A DNA stretch of 39,318 nucleotides from NCBI GenBank assembly GCA_031412775.1, contig JANODQ010000741.1:1-39318 (forward strand). Reading direction: 5' to 3'. The position numbers were made by a program, and so were the translations under genes. Numbering within the stretch: position 1 is the first letter of the stretch; every line of letters starts with the position of its first letter. The DNA is from Pirellulaceae bacterium. Lineage in GTDB: Bacteria; Planctomycetota; Planctomycetia; Pirellulales; Pirellulaceae. Of the stretch, positions 1 to 9,226 are shown piece by piece. The notes beneath the pieces were generated by a model. It was not told the origin of the DNA. It did no database searches and saw only the letters and a program-made list of their open reading frames with translations.

Positions 1-323
1 GAGCACATCAGGACATTGCCTGGCGAAAGGTTCGGAAGGATCGAGTTCTTGTAGGTGTCGCCTTGGACTTCATCAGGCAACAGAACGTTGATGATGTCGG
101 CTTTCTTGGTCGCGTCCTCAATCGACATTGGCTCGAATTTGTGGCTGATTGCGAGATCGTAATTCTTTCCACCAGGACGTTGCCCGATAACCACGTTCAG
201 ACCGCTGTCGCGAAGATTCTGGGCTTGTGCGTGACCTTGGGAACCGTAACCCAAGATGGCGATGGTCTTCCCTTTCAAGTGAGAAAGATCAGCGTCGTTG
301 TCATAATAAATCGTAGCGGCCAT
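1..323 (-). CDS. ilvC: Ketol-acid reductoisomerase, N-terminal part; the gene continues past the window start
   Basis: Hand translation of the minus strand from the ATG at 323-321 gives MAATIYYDNDADLSHLKGKTIAILGYGSQGHAQAQNLRDSGLNVVIGQRPGG... This is the class I KARI N-terminus with the GYGSQGHA dinucleotide-binding motif. It is absent from the ORF track because it runs off the window. Confidence 0.9.
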   Translation of the reverse strand, partial: MAATIYYDNDADLSHLKGKTIAILGYGSQGHAQAQNLRDSGLNVVIGQRPGGKNYDLAISHKFEPMSIEDATKKADIINVLLPDEVQGDTYKNSILPNLSPGNVLMC

Positions 324-383
324 GGTGGTCAAATGCCTAATTCAGAAACAGAGAGTAAAGTTAAAACAGTGAGGTTTAGTTGA

Positions 384-444
384 GGGATAGGCTTTTAGCC
401 TGTCAAAATCAGCGTGAAAGAAAAACAGGCTGGAAGCCTATTCC
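384..444 (-). terminator. Nested inverted repeat between ilvH and ilvC; putative intrinsic terminator or attenuator
   Basis: The arms 384-403 (gggataggcttttagcctgt) and 425-444 (acaggctggaagcctattcc) are complementary at 17 of 20 positions. Each arm is also a small hairpin on its own (AGGCT-N3-AGCCT). On the minus-strand RNA the first hairpin starts 6 nt after the ilvH stop and is followed by UUUUUCUUUC. Confidence 0.4.
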
Positions 445-449
445 ACTTG

Positions 450-983
450 CTAAGCGACGAATTCCACCTCGGAGGCAGAGTCCGGCAACTCTTGTTGGGG
501 AGTGTGGCTGCCACGGACCATTGCGATACGGCCGGTGCGAACCAGCTCCAAGATCCCAAAGGGCCGAATCCGCTCGATGAAGGCTTGGACTTTGCTTTCT
601 TGTCCGGATATTTCCACGATGACGTCAGCGTAACCGACGTCAACAATTCGCCCTCGGAAAATATCGACTAGCTCACGAATCTCGGTTCGTTTCGTACCTA
701 TTTCGGCGGCGACTTTGACGAGCATCAGATCGCGTTCGACGTACTCTTGTGAGGAAACATCGTGAACATGGACGACCGTGACGATTTTTTCAAGTTGTTT
801 GCGGACTTGATCCACGACCTTGTCGTCCCCAACGACGACGAAGGTCATACGCGAGAGAGCTGAGTCTTCTGTTTCGCCCACAGCGAGCGAATCGATGTTG
901 TAGCCGCGAGATGCCAACATCCCAGAAATGTGCGCAAGCACACCCGGAACGTTTTGAACTACCGCGGAAATCACGTGCCGCAT
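450..983 (-). CDS. ilvH: Acetolactate synthase small (regulatory) subunit
   Basis: The ORF 450..1181 contains MRHVISAVVQNVPGVLAHISGMLASRGYNIDSLAVGETED...MTFVV, i.e. an ACT domain followed by the C-terminal AHAS small-subunit domain. I place the start at the ATG at 983-981. The upstream 66 codons are Arg/Cys-rich and do not look like protein. Confidence 0.9.
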   Translation of the reverse strand: MRHVISAVVQNVPGVLAHISGMLASRGYNIDSLAVGETEDSALSRMTFVVVGDDKVVDQVRKQLEKIVTVVHVHDVSSQEYVERDLMLVKVAAEIGTKRTEIRELVDIFRGRIVDVGYADVIVEISGQESKVQAFIERIRPFGILELVRTGRIAMVRGSHTPQQELPDSASEVEFVA

Positions 984-1522
984 TGTTTTGCCAAAAGTAA
1001 AAAATCGAGTGTTTGTAAAGCGTTTCCTGCACCACGCAGGGTCGCAATCATAATCGCTCCCAGCTACTTCCTCAAGCCACTTCCTCACGGAGCGTCGGTG
1101 AGACCGTTTCCGCTTATGGTTGACAAAAATGTGGTTTCCCCGGAGCCCCGATGCTAGTTTTGAAGTTCTACTGTACTGCATCTGTCGCTTGCTTTGAACA
1201 ACGAAATCACTTCTAGAGCGAGTGGCGGCCTGGGTACCTTTACCGCTAGCTGGCGCGTCGCGTTAGCTGATTTTACTTGGCTTAAGCTGTCACGTTGTAA
1301 CAAGTGTGCAACTTAAAAAACTCGCAAGACGTAGGGCGTTGCCCCTCCGGTGCTGACTATTCGTTTGCTGCGGCGGGACGATAAATCAGCTAAAAGTGTC
1401 CTTGTTTGCCCGCAATTTTGCGGCGAATTTGTAAGCAAAACTTCTTGACAGAAATTGGCTATCGGTTGACTATAAATGAATTGATCCTTGATAAGAAATT
1501 TTTTTTCACCGGCGTGTAACTG

Positions 1523-4500
1523 ATGTACCGTGTTTTTTCACTTTTCAGTTTGCGGCTCACTTACCACGAAACACGCCGGTTTGAGTTGTGCTTTGGCAAG
1601 CTTTTGAAATTCATCGATCATCGTCGCTCGACTAGGTCCGAAAGACGTCCACGGCTCCTCGATTTGATGCGTAGCCTGCTATTCGAAGACTTGGAGAACC
1701 GAGTTTTGATGGCGGTTGGGGATCTCAGAATTGTTAACTACAACATTGTCGCAGGGTCGGGGGATGGCCTTCCCCAAGCGACCGTGGGCAGTGTACTCAA
1801 AGCGATCGGCGATGAAGTCTATAACGGTCGATCGCGTCGCGTAGATGTCGTTGCCATGCAGGAAGTATTAAGTCAAACATCAACTGCTCAGGCAGTTGTG
1901 AATCAGCTCAATACGGCTTATGGCACCCCCGGACTTTATGCTCGGGGGACGCTCAATGGGAATCAATTCGGATTTGGACAAGGAATCGTTTACAACACCC
2001 AGACGGTTCAGCTTGTTGCTCAAGCAGGAATCGGCACTGCCAGCGGAACTGGACAAGCGCGTCAAGTGATGCGATATCTGCTTCGTCCTTTGGAAGTCGG
2101 TCTCGGGAACGATTTCTATCTTTACAACAGCCACTATAAAGCGAGTGACACGACCGCTGACGCCGCTCGACGTGCCGTAGAAGCTGAAACTATTCGCGCA
2201 GACGCCGATGCGTTACCTGCAAACACACACATTATCTTTGCGGGCGACTTTAACATGTACACCAGCAATGAACTCGGTTACACGAGATTGCTGGCTGCCG
2301 GGAATGCACAGGCAATCGATCCAATTAATCGACCGGGCAACTGGACTCAATCGGGCGTACCGCTCAATATTTTCACGCAAGCTCCATTAGTCAGCCCGGC
2401 AGGAGGTTTTGTCGGTGGCGGACTTGATGACCGCTTTGACTTTCAATTGCTTACCGGCGAATGGTTTGATGGCGTGGGGCTAGAGTATGTTCCCGGCTCC
2501 TACAGAACGTTTGCTAATAACGGTACGGTATCTCGCGGTGGAAACATTACTGACACCAGCAATACCGCGTTACCGACAAGACCTGATCGATTGACAGTTC
2601 TCAGCAACTTGGGCACAACGAGCGACCATTTGCCTCTCGTCGCGGATTATCGTTTTACTACCACTACATCTCAACCCACTGCGATCCCATTTAGTGGCAG
2701 CAACTACACAGAAGACTTTAACACGCTGCCTTATTACTCAGTCGGCGATTTTACCACCACCGGAAATGGTCCCTTTCAAATCAACGGTCGCGAGATCGGT
2801 GCGACAGGGGTTGATGGATGGTCATTTGGGAAGCGGAGTGGCACTTCGACCAGTTCTTTGTTCGCGATTGGTGACGGTGGAGCGGCAACCGCGGGCGCAA
2901 TTTACAGCCTTGGTCCAGCCGCAGGAACCACGGTCGTTGATCGTGCATTGGGTGCACTCGCATCAGCTTCATTTATAGGAACCTTTGGGGCGACCTTCAT
3001 CAACCAAACAGCCTCTGCGATCACCAATTTTACTTTGAGCTACGTTGGTGAAATGTGGCGGAACGAGTCAAATTCACCGAATACGTTGACTTTCGAGTAC
3101 GGTATTGGGGTCAATAATTTGCTCGATGCTGGTGCAAACACCTTCACAGCCGTAACGGGGCTTGATTTTACTTCACCTCCAGGCACTGCAACGGTCACCA
3201 AATTAGATGGAAACGCCACGGCAAATCGAACTGCGAGATTGGCTTCGGTCACTGGCATCAACTGGCTTCCGGGTCAAAATCTTGTCTTGCGTTGGAGAGA
3301 TGCTGATGACACGGGAAGTGATGATATCCTTGGGATCGATGATGTTGTTTTCTCTTCAGTATTGAACACGAATGATACACCGACAGCGATCAACTTATCT
3401 AACAGTAACATCAACGAAAATGCCGTCATCAACTCGGTCGTCGGTAACCTCAGCACATCAGATCCCAATTCTGGTGATACCTTCACCTACTCCTTAATTG
3501 CGGGAACGGGAGCCGTCGATAACGCGAGCTTTAATATTCTGAACAACCAATTGCGAATCAACGGTCCATTCAACTTTGAAGTTCAATCTTCTTACTCGAT
3601 CAGAATCTCAACCCGCGACCAATCCGGGGCAACCTTTTCTCAGGCTTTCGTAATCACTGTCAACGACCTCAATGAGCCACCGACGGCAGAGACGACAGGT
3701 CCTTACACGGGGATCGTTGGGCAACCCATCGATGTGCTCGGTATTGGATCCGATCCTGATGTTGGGCAAACGTTAAGCTACGAATGGGATTTCAATTTTA
3801 ATGGAACAACGTTTGTGCCGACGGCGACCGGTTTTGCATCGTCGATCACGTACACTTCGGCAGGCAATCGAACGATTGCGATCCGCGTTACGGACAACGG
3901 CACTCCTCGATTATCTGTGATCGTCACGACAACAATCCGAGTCTCCGCGGCAGTTGTCGGGAGTCACATTTTTTACAGAGGATCGTCCTTTGATACGACT
4001 CCAGATTCTCAACAAGCGATCGACACTAGCAAAGTTCCTCTAATCAATGGCAAAGCGACTCGTGCGAATGTTAGTAATTACGATCGTGGGCTCAACGGCG
4101 TCATCGTAGATATCGCTGGAGCCAATGCGAGCGCGATTGGTTTATTCGATTTTGAGATATCTACTGGGAACACAAACACAACAAGCTCTTGGACTATTCT
4201 TCCAAGTACCGCGTTCGTAACGGTGAATCCGCTAGTCGTACTTCCCAGTCCACTCGGCCCGGGCATTGTGCGAGTAAAGTTTAACTTTGTTGACAATGCA
4301 ATCGCAAGAAGCTGGCTTCAAATCAGAGTCCTTGCAAATGCGAGAACAGGTCTGACGACATCCAATACATTCTTATTTGGGAGTGCTCCCGGGGATGTTT
4401 ATATCGATCCCGTTGCTCAGCGAGTCAATGCTTTCGATTCCAATGCGATTCGGACAGCAATATCGAGTCGTCCCGTGGGCATTATTCGAATCGAAGATAT

Positions 4501-4714
4501 CAACAAAGATGGCTTAGTATCCGCAAACGACCTACGAAGCGCACTCAACTTAGTCGCCGCAGCAAGAGGACTGCGATGGATCACACTTGCCTCGCCGCTC
4601 AGCATCGTCGCACCCTCTGTCTCGATCGCATCCGATAAGTCGGCCCTCGAGTCGACAAGCGTTCTTAATAGCGAAAACGCAATCGACATCGCTCTTGGTC
4701 AACTCGATTTCTAA
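1523..4714 (+). CDS. Large extracellular multidomain protein: endonuclease/exonuclease/phosphatase (EEP) domain, cadherin-like repeat, PKD domain and a C-terminal dockerin/EF-hand-like repeat
   Basis: EEP motifs: DVVAMQEV, IIFAGDFNMY, LDDRFDFQLL, TSDHLPLVADY. Cadherin-like: DPNSGDTFTYSL...ISTRDQSG...VITVNDLNEPP. PKD: YEWDFNFNGT...IAIRVTDNG. Dockerin-like: EDINKDGLVSANDLRSALNLV. The start is uncertain; an alternative ATG lies at 1667. Confidence 0.8.
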   Translation: MYRVFSLFSLRLTYHETRRFELCFGKLLKFIDHRRSTRSERRPRLLDLMRSLLFEDLENRVLMAVGDLRIVNYNIVAGSGDGLPQATVGSVLKAIGDEVYNGRSRRVDVVAMQEVLSQTSTAQAVVNQLNTAYGTPGLYARGTLNGNQFGFGQGIVYNTQTVQLVAQAGIGTASGTGQARQVMRYLLRPLEVGLGNDFYLYNSHYKASDTTADAARRAVEAETIRADADALPANTHIIFAGDFNMYTSNELGYTRLLAAGNAQAIDPINRPGNWTQSGVPLNIFTQAPLVSPAGGFVGGGLDDRFDFQLLTGEWFDGVGLEYVPGSYRTFANNGTVSRGGNITDTSNTALPTRPDRLTVLSNLGTTSDHLPLVADYRFTTTTSQPTAIPFSGSNYTEDFNTLPYYSVGDFTTTGNGPFQINGREIGATGVDGWSFGKRSGTSTSSLFAIGDGGAATAGAIYSLGPAAGTTVVDRALGALASASFIGTFGATFINQTASAITNFTLSYVGEMWRNESNSPNTLTFEYGIGVNNLLDAGANTFTAVTGLDFTSPPGTATVTKLDGNATANRTARLASVTGINWLPGQNLVLRWRDADDTGSDDILGIDDVVFSSVLNTNDTPTAINLSNSNINENAVINSVVGNLSTSDPNSGDTFTYSLIAGTGAVDNASFNILNNQLRINGPFNFEVQSSYSIRISTRDQSGATFSQAFVITVNDLNEPPTAETTGPYTGIVGQPIDVLGIGSDPDVGQTLSYEWDFNFNGTTFVPTATGFASSITYTSAGNRTIAIRVTDNGTPRLSVIVTTTIRVSAAVVGSHIFYRGSSFDTTPDSQQAIDTSKVPLINGKATRANVSNYDRGLNGVIVDIAGANASAIGLFDFEISTGNTNTTSSWTILPSTAFVTVNPLVVLPSPLGPGIVRVKFNFVDNAIARSWLQIRVLANARTGLTTSNTFLFGSAPGDVYIDPVAQRVNAFDSNAIRTAISSRPVGIIRIEDINKDGLVSANDLRSALNLVAAARGLRWITLASPLSIVAPSVSIASDKSALESTSVLNSENAIDIALGQLDF

Positions 4715-4780
4715 GTGAGATGGATATGCAGTGCATGAATTGCTTCGAGACCAAATAAATTTCTACAAGCAAACTACAGA

Positions 4781-5284
4781 TCAAGCTTTCTTGCCACCAA
4801 GCTTCACGATTGTTTGAAACTCACCTTTGGAGACCGGTTGGACGCTCAATCTAGAGCCCTTGCGGAGGAGTTCCATCTTTTCCAAACCAGCAACGCTTCG
4901 GAGCATTTCAAGCGATTGGCTTTCTTCAAAGATCCAATCAAGCTGAATGTCGACCATAAACCACGTTGGAGACTCTATCTTGGATTTCGGATCATAGTGA
5001 GGATCTCGAGGCTCGAATGCGGTGTGGTCTTCGTAAGCCGCAGTGGACACATGAGCAACACCAACAACCGACGACGGCTGGGCGTTGCTATGGTAGACAA
5101 GGATTGGATCTCCAATTGTCATCTGATCTCGCATGAAGTTCCGAGCCTGATAGTTTCGAACGCCATCCCAACAGGTCGACCGATTTGGGGCTGCCTCCAA
5201 GTCAAATATAGAAAAGACATCCGGCTCAGTTTTCATCAGCCAGTGACTGAATGTACGTGGAGATTGACGAGAAGATTTTGGCAT
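4781..5284 (-). CDS. EVE (PUA-like) domain protein
   Basis: WLMKTEPDVFSIFDL...WDGVRNYQARNFMRDQMTIGDPILVYHSN is the characteristic EVE-domain N-terminal signature. Confidence 0.8.
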   Translation of the reverse strand: MPKSSRQSPRTFSHWLMKTEPDVFSIFDLEAAPNRSTCWDGVRNYQARNFMRDQMTIGDPILVYHSNAQPSSVVGVAHVSTAAYEDHTAFEPRDPHYDPKSKIESPTWFMVDIQLDWIFEESQSLEMLRSVAGLEKMELLRKGSRLSVQPVSKGEFQTIVKLGGKKA

Positions 5285-5493
5285 AGGTGAAAGGCAAAAG
5301 TCGTTAATCGGCTGCAGGAAAATTTCGTCTCCGGGAATCGGGAGCGACGGATTTTAGGCTCAGTAATTGCTTTACGAGAGTGGCACAAACGATTTTTTCG
5401 ACAAATACGGCCTTTGGAAGGCTATCGCGAGAAAGTCGTGGCTGGATTTCATTGAAATCGCGTCGTCGCTGCCTAGAATGCGTCGAAGAGGAG

Positions 5494-6282
5494 ATGATAA
5501 TGACGAAAGAACTAAAAATGAAAACCCGATGGCTTGCTGCACTCCCGGTCTATAACGAAGCCGATTCGGTGCATGCGATTTTGGACGAAGTTTCCAAGTA
5601 CGCGACGGACATCCTGGTGGTGAATGACGGTTCGTCAGACGGAACGGCAGAAAAGCTTGAAGAGCGACAAGACATACATGTGATTAGCCACCCGGAAAAT
5701 CGCGGATACGGAGCAGCCCTCAAGTCAGCGTTTCAGTACGCGATTGATAAAGACTACGAGATCGTTGTCACACTAGATTGCGATGGCCAACACCAACCGG
5801 TCCGGATTCCGCGATTTGTAGCAGCATGCAGAAACTGCGATATTGTTTCCGGGAGCCGATACTTGAAACACTACGAGGGAGACAGCACTCCTCCCGCGCA
5901 ACGCATGTTCATTAATAAGCAGATCACGCGTCAGATCAACGACCGCTTTGGACTTTGCCTGACCGATGCATTCTGTGGCTTCAAGGCGTACCGTACCTCG
6001 GCCTTAAAACTCCTGGACATCCAAGACGAAGGTTACGCGATGCCACTAGAACTTTGGACGCAAGCAGCGATGCTTAACTTCCGCATCTTAGAGATTCCGG
6101 TTCCATTGCTATACCTGGACTTGAACCGTTCGTTCGGCGGTTCGTTGGATCAAGCTGAAGTACGCTTGGCCTACTACAATAAAGTGCTCGATGAAAGCAT
6201 TGCCAAGATGACCCAGCGCGGGCACTCGATTCCTGCACTCGCGAATCCTTCTGGCAAAGCCTGTAACGGTGACCGCTCGTGA
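5494..6282 (+). CDS. Family 2 glycosyltransferase (DPM1 / polyprenyl-phosphate sugar synthase-like)
   Basis: Motifs: LPVYNEADSV...VVNDGSSDGT...NRGYGAALKSAF...VTLDCDGQH (DxD-type). The ATG at 5494 is preceded by gaagaggag. The track ORF begins earlier, at 5380. Confidence 0.85.
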   Translation: MIMTKELKMKTRWLAALPVYNEADSVHAILDEVSKYATDILVVNDGSSDGTAEKLEERQDIHVISHPENRGYGAALKSAFQYAIDKDYEIVVTLDCDGQHQPVRIPRFVAACRNCDIVSGSRYLKHYEGDSTPPAQRMFINKQITRQINDRFGLCLTDAFCGFKAYRTSALKLLDIQDEGYAMPLELWTQAAMLNFRILEIPVPLLYLDLNRSFGGSLDQAEVRLAYYNKVLDESIAKMTQRGHSIPALANPSGKACNGDRS

Positions 6283-8069
6283 CCGAGTTTGCCAACTACA
6301 AGGCACCTCGTGCAGATGAAGCTGTTTTATGTGAACCGCCAGCCAGCGAATGGGCTCGTGTTGCATCAACCAATGCACAGTCATTCAGCAGTACGAACAC
6401 GACAGCCGACAACCGCAGTCAAAGTAGCGAATCCTTGTCGACCAGCGAGATTCTTTGGAGCGGTATCCCACTCCGTGACATTCGCTTGTGGACTCGTCGC
6501 GATGCCATTCGTTTTTCCCATTGCAACACGAATTCTTGTTCGGATTTGACTTCGGATTGCTTAAACGATTACAAGTTATGGTATGTCAGCGGCCATCAAC
6601 CAGAACTTTTTCATCCTGGTGTTTGGTTTAAGAATTTTGTTCTTTACGAAGCCGCGAGAGAACAGAACGCTGTCTCGCTGAACGTGGTTATCGATCATGA
6701 TGTTGCGTCACCGGTTTCAATCGCCGTTCCGACTAAGAACGATGACGGGACGATTGGATCACAAGTTGTTGCCTTGGAAGGCTGGGCTGGGCTGAGAAGT
6801 CAATCAGAATCTTCATCTGAATCCCACGATTTGAACGTACCGTGGGAACTTACGGTGGACGATGGAAGCCTTCATTGGCAAAAGTTCCAGGACGACATTT
6901 CGGAATTTCTTGCACCATTGAACATTGGCAAACCGCTTATCCAAAAAATGGTTCCGATGATTCGCGAGTCAATTTCTTCAGGAGCACCTATTGGCAAAGC
7001 AATAGCGATGGCTCGGCATCAAATTGAACGCGACTGCGGCATTTATAACTATGAAGTTCTCTTCAGTCAGTTAGCTCAGGGACGCGGCTTTGCAGCCTTC
7101 GTGTACGAAATCCTGTCATCCATTGAGTCATTCCGAGCCATCTATCATCGCTCGCGAAATGATTATCGAGTATATCATCAAATCAAAAACGAATCGCAAC
7201 CCATCCCACCGCTTGCCGAGCAATCCAAGGGCGGCTTTGTTTGGACCGAAGCTCCTTTTTGGGTTTACAGTACGAAATCTCCCACGCGACATGCTTTGTG
7301 GATTCGACATGCAAATCACCGGATCATCTTGAGCGATTTGCATGAGTGGGAATCGCAGATCGATTGTGACGCAGACTTCGAAGCAATCACCGCTTGGTGG
7401 CAGAACCTGATGCGATCTCAAGTAGCAATACGTCCACGTGCATTAACGTCGACTCTCTTTATGCGTCTTGCTATCGGAGATCTCTTTGTACACGGTATCG
7501 GCGGAGGAAAGTACGATCAAATCACCGATCTCATCATTGAACGATGGTGCGGTATTACTGCACCAACTTTTGCGGTCGCCACCGCAACGCTTTTTCTTCC
7601 CATGAAGCAAGATACGACTCAGTCGCGGTGCACTTTGTTGACTTCCGAATCTCGCGATCGATTGCGAGACTATCGATTCAACCCCGAGAGACTCGTTACT
7701 GGTGCATCGAGTGAAAAAACTCGCACCCTGCGAGCAGAGATCATGAAACGAATTAAAAACATTCCAACCGGCGCTGCGAAGATCCGTTGGCACGAATCTT
7801 TACAGAAGCTTAAATCTGCAATTCGTTTTTCGCTCTCAGAAGAAATACAAATCGACCAACCATCTTTAACGAGCGAATTACAGGCTTCGATTGCCGGGGA
7901 TTTACAGCAAAAGCTAAGATCGTCTCGTGAGTATTCGATCGCCGTTTTTCCTGATGGTTGGACTCAAGAAAAGCTTCACAGCCTAGCAGAGCACAGCATG
8001 CTGACTAGCGATGATGATCACCACATCAATCATGTCGCAAGTATCTCCATTTCTGGCGACGTGAATTAA
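6279..8069 (+). CDS. Conserved hypothetical 596-aa protein, translationally coupled to the GT2; possible distant BshC-like ligase fold (unverified)
   Basis: The GTG start overlaps the GT2 stop (GTGA at 6279-6282). The ORF is long and uninterrupted with a normal composition. Motifs that I recall as BshC-like: SGHQPELFHPGVWFKN, VVIDHD and IRPRALTSTLFMRLAIGDLFVHGIGGGKYD. Confidence 0.7.
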   Translation: MTEFANYKAPRADEAVLCEPPASEWARVASTNAQSFSSTNTTADNRSQSSESLSTSEILWSGIPLRDIRLWTRRDAIRFSHCNTNSCSDLTSDCLNDYKLWYVSGHQPELFHPGVWFKNFVLYEAAREQNAVSLNVVIDHDVASPVSIAVPTKNDDGTIGSQVVALEGWAGLRSQSESSSESHDLNVPWELTVDDGSLHWQKFQDDISEFLAPLNIGKPLIQKMVPMIRESISSGAPIGKAIAMARHQIERDCGIYNYEVLFSQLAQGRGFAAFVYEILSSIESFRAIYHRSRNDYRVYHQIKNESQPIPPLAEQSKGGFVWTEAPFWVYSTKSPTRHALWIRHANHRIILSDLHEWESQIDCDADFEAITAWWQNLMRSQVAIRPRALTSTLFMRLAIGDLFVHGIGGGKYDQITDLIIERWCGITAPTFAVATATLFLPMKQDTTQSRCTLLTSESRDRLRDYRFNPERLVTGASSEKTRTLRAEIMKRIKNIPTGAAKIRWHESLQKLKSAIRFSLSEEIQIDQPSLTSELQASIAGDLQQKLRSSREYSIAVFPDGWTQEKLHSLAEHSMLTSDDDHHINHVASISISGDVN

Positions 8070-8186
8070 TCGTTTGTCTTGTAAAGCTCGATTGAACTCG
8101 TCCTGAATCGTTGCAACATGCTTCGCCTTCAATATTTCGCCTGTTATTCTGCTGCCAGTGGTTTCCGAACCTTGGCAAAAACGTTC

Positions 8187-8945
8187 TCAATTCAGTGAAA
8201 AGGTTGGCGGATAATCGCCTCCATTCTGATCTGTTTTTTTCTCCCATATTGGTACCGAAGAAGCGTTGCCTGCGAGCGATTCACCGGTGACTTTTTTGAG
8301 CCAGCGTTCGATCATGGAAATGCGTTTAATCGGACAGATTTCCGCCAATAATGCCAACTGCGCATCAAGGGCCAGCGGAAGCATGCTAGCGAGCAAATAA
8401 GAGAACGAACTTATTGAGTCAATAGAGGGTGCTCGATGTTGAAGAAGATTTGCTAGTGGTACTGCAGGGAAATGTTTTGCGATGCACAGGAAAATTTGGG
8501 CGAGCGAGACCGAGAGGGCCTTTGGAAGTGCCTCCGAATCTTGACTTGGGAGCAAACAATCAATCACATCTATTTCCGCGCGACGAAATACCTCCGACTC
8601 TTCAATCTCTTCGGTAATCATTCCTCGAGCGTACCCTTGAAGAAGGATGTTATGCCGCCCATCTTCGGTGGGTTGGTGGCGAATAATCTTTCCCACGCAT
8701 ACCAAGGGATACAGCTCCGGAGAACCCAAATACGTCGACTCCCAGCCAGGGATGAGAGTCGCCATGGTGATCAATTTGTCAGTCTCCAAGGCTTCCTGAA
8801 GCACGTCGCAGTACCTGGGCTCGAAAATGTGAAGTCCGCGAATCACATGCGGGAACAACACGAAATTCGGCAACGGGAACAGCCTGACCCTCATAGTTCG
8901 AGCGGGCTCTTCTCCGCCTTTGTTACTTGGGATTTCCCCTGCCAT
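8187..8945 (-). CDS. Lon protease N-terminal (substrate-binding) domain protein, with no ATPase or protease domain
   Basis: RLFPLPNFVLFPHVIRGLHIFEPRYCDVLQEAL...ITMATL matches the LON N-terminal domain signature. I place the start at the ATG at 8945; the track ORF extends to 9071. Confidence 0.7.
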   Translation of the reverse strand: MAGEIPSNKGGEEPARTMRVRLFPLPNFVLFPHVIRGLHIFEPRYCDVLQEALETDKLITMATLIPGWESTYLGSPELYPLVCVGKIIRHQPTEDGRHNILLQGYARGMITEEIEESEVFRRAEIDVIDCLLPSQDSEALPKALSVSLAQIFLCIAKHFPAVPLANLLQHRAPSIDSISSFSYLLASMLPLALDAQLALLAEICPIKRISMIERWLKKVTGESLAGNASSVPIWEKKTDQNGGDYPPTFSLN

Positions 8946-9226
8946 CAAAAAACTCAAAAAATTAGAGAAAACGGAGAGAATTAAACTAGCCTCAAAAACT
9001 CCCAGCAACGCTGAAAACTGTCGAGCCAGGTCATTCAGTTGTATTCGATACACTGACATTCTCCGTCCCAATCAAGCCCTACCCCGGATCAACAGGGGAG
9101 AAAATATCGGTTATAATTCATATAGATACGTCGTTTAACGCATATAACGTGCGAAATCTTTCGTCGCGATATCGTCAATCAAACTTCCTTGGAAGTCACT
9201 TCCCTTTAATCGTCAATCGCCGAATC

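Noticed and set aside
984-1181. A 66-codon N-terminal extension of the ilvH ORF, and the absence of an ilvB large-subunit gene upstream of ilvH.
   Set aside because: The extension (…KRKRSHRRSVRKW…DYDCDPAWCRKRF) does not look like protein, and MRHVISAVV is the normal family N-terminus. ilvB is probably encoded elsewhere, so nothing here requires a special explanation.
1445-1494. Sigma70-like hexamers (TTGACA at 1445, TATAAA at 1471, TTGACT at 1466) upstream of the large EEP protein gene.
   Set aside because: The spacing between TTGACA and TATAAA is 20 nt, which is too long. The alternative pairing has a poor -10 element. Promoter consensus in this phylum is also uncertain, so I make no promoter call.
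4814-5290. Long ORFs antisense to, or out of frame with, confident genes. Examples: 4814..5290 opposite the EVE gene, 8472..8984 opposite the Lon-N gene, 15192..15680 opposite hemD, 31915..32505 opposite the redox fusion, 24987..25400 inside the 1100-aa gene, and 63..383 opposite ilvC.
   Set aside because: Their translations are Arg/Ser/Cys-rich with no motifs. Each is fully shadowed by a gene with strong family signatures. This is the usual shadow-ORF effect.
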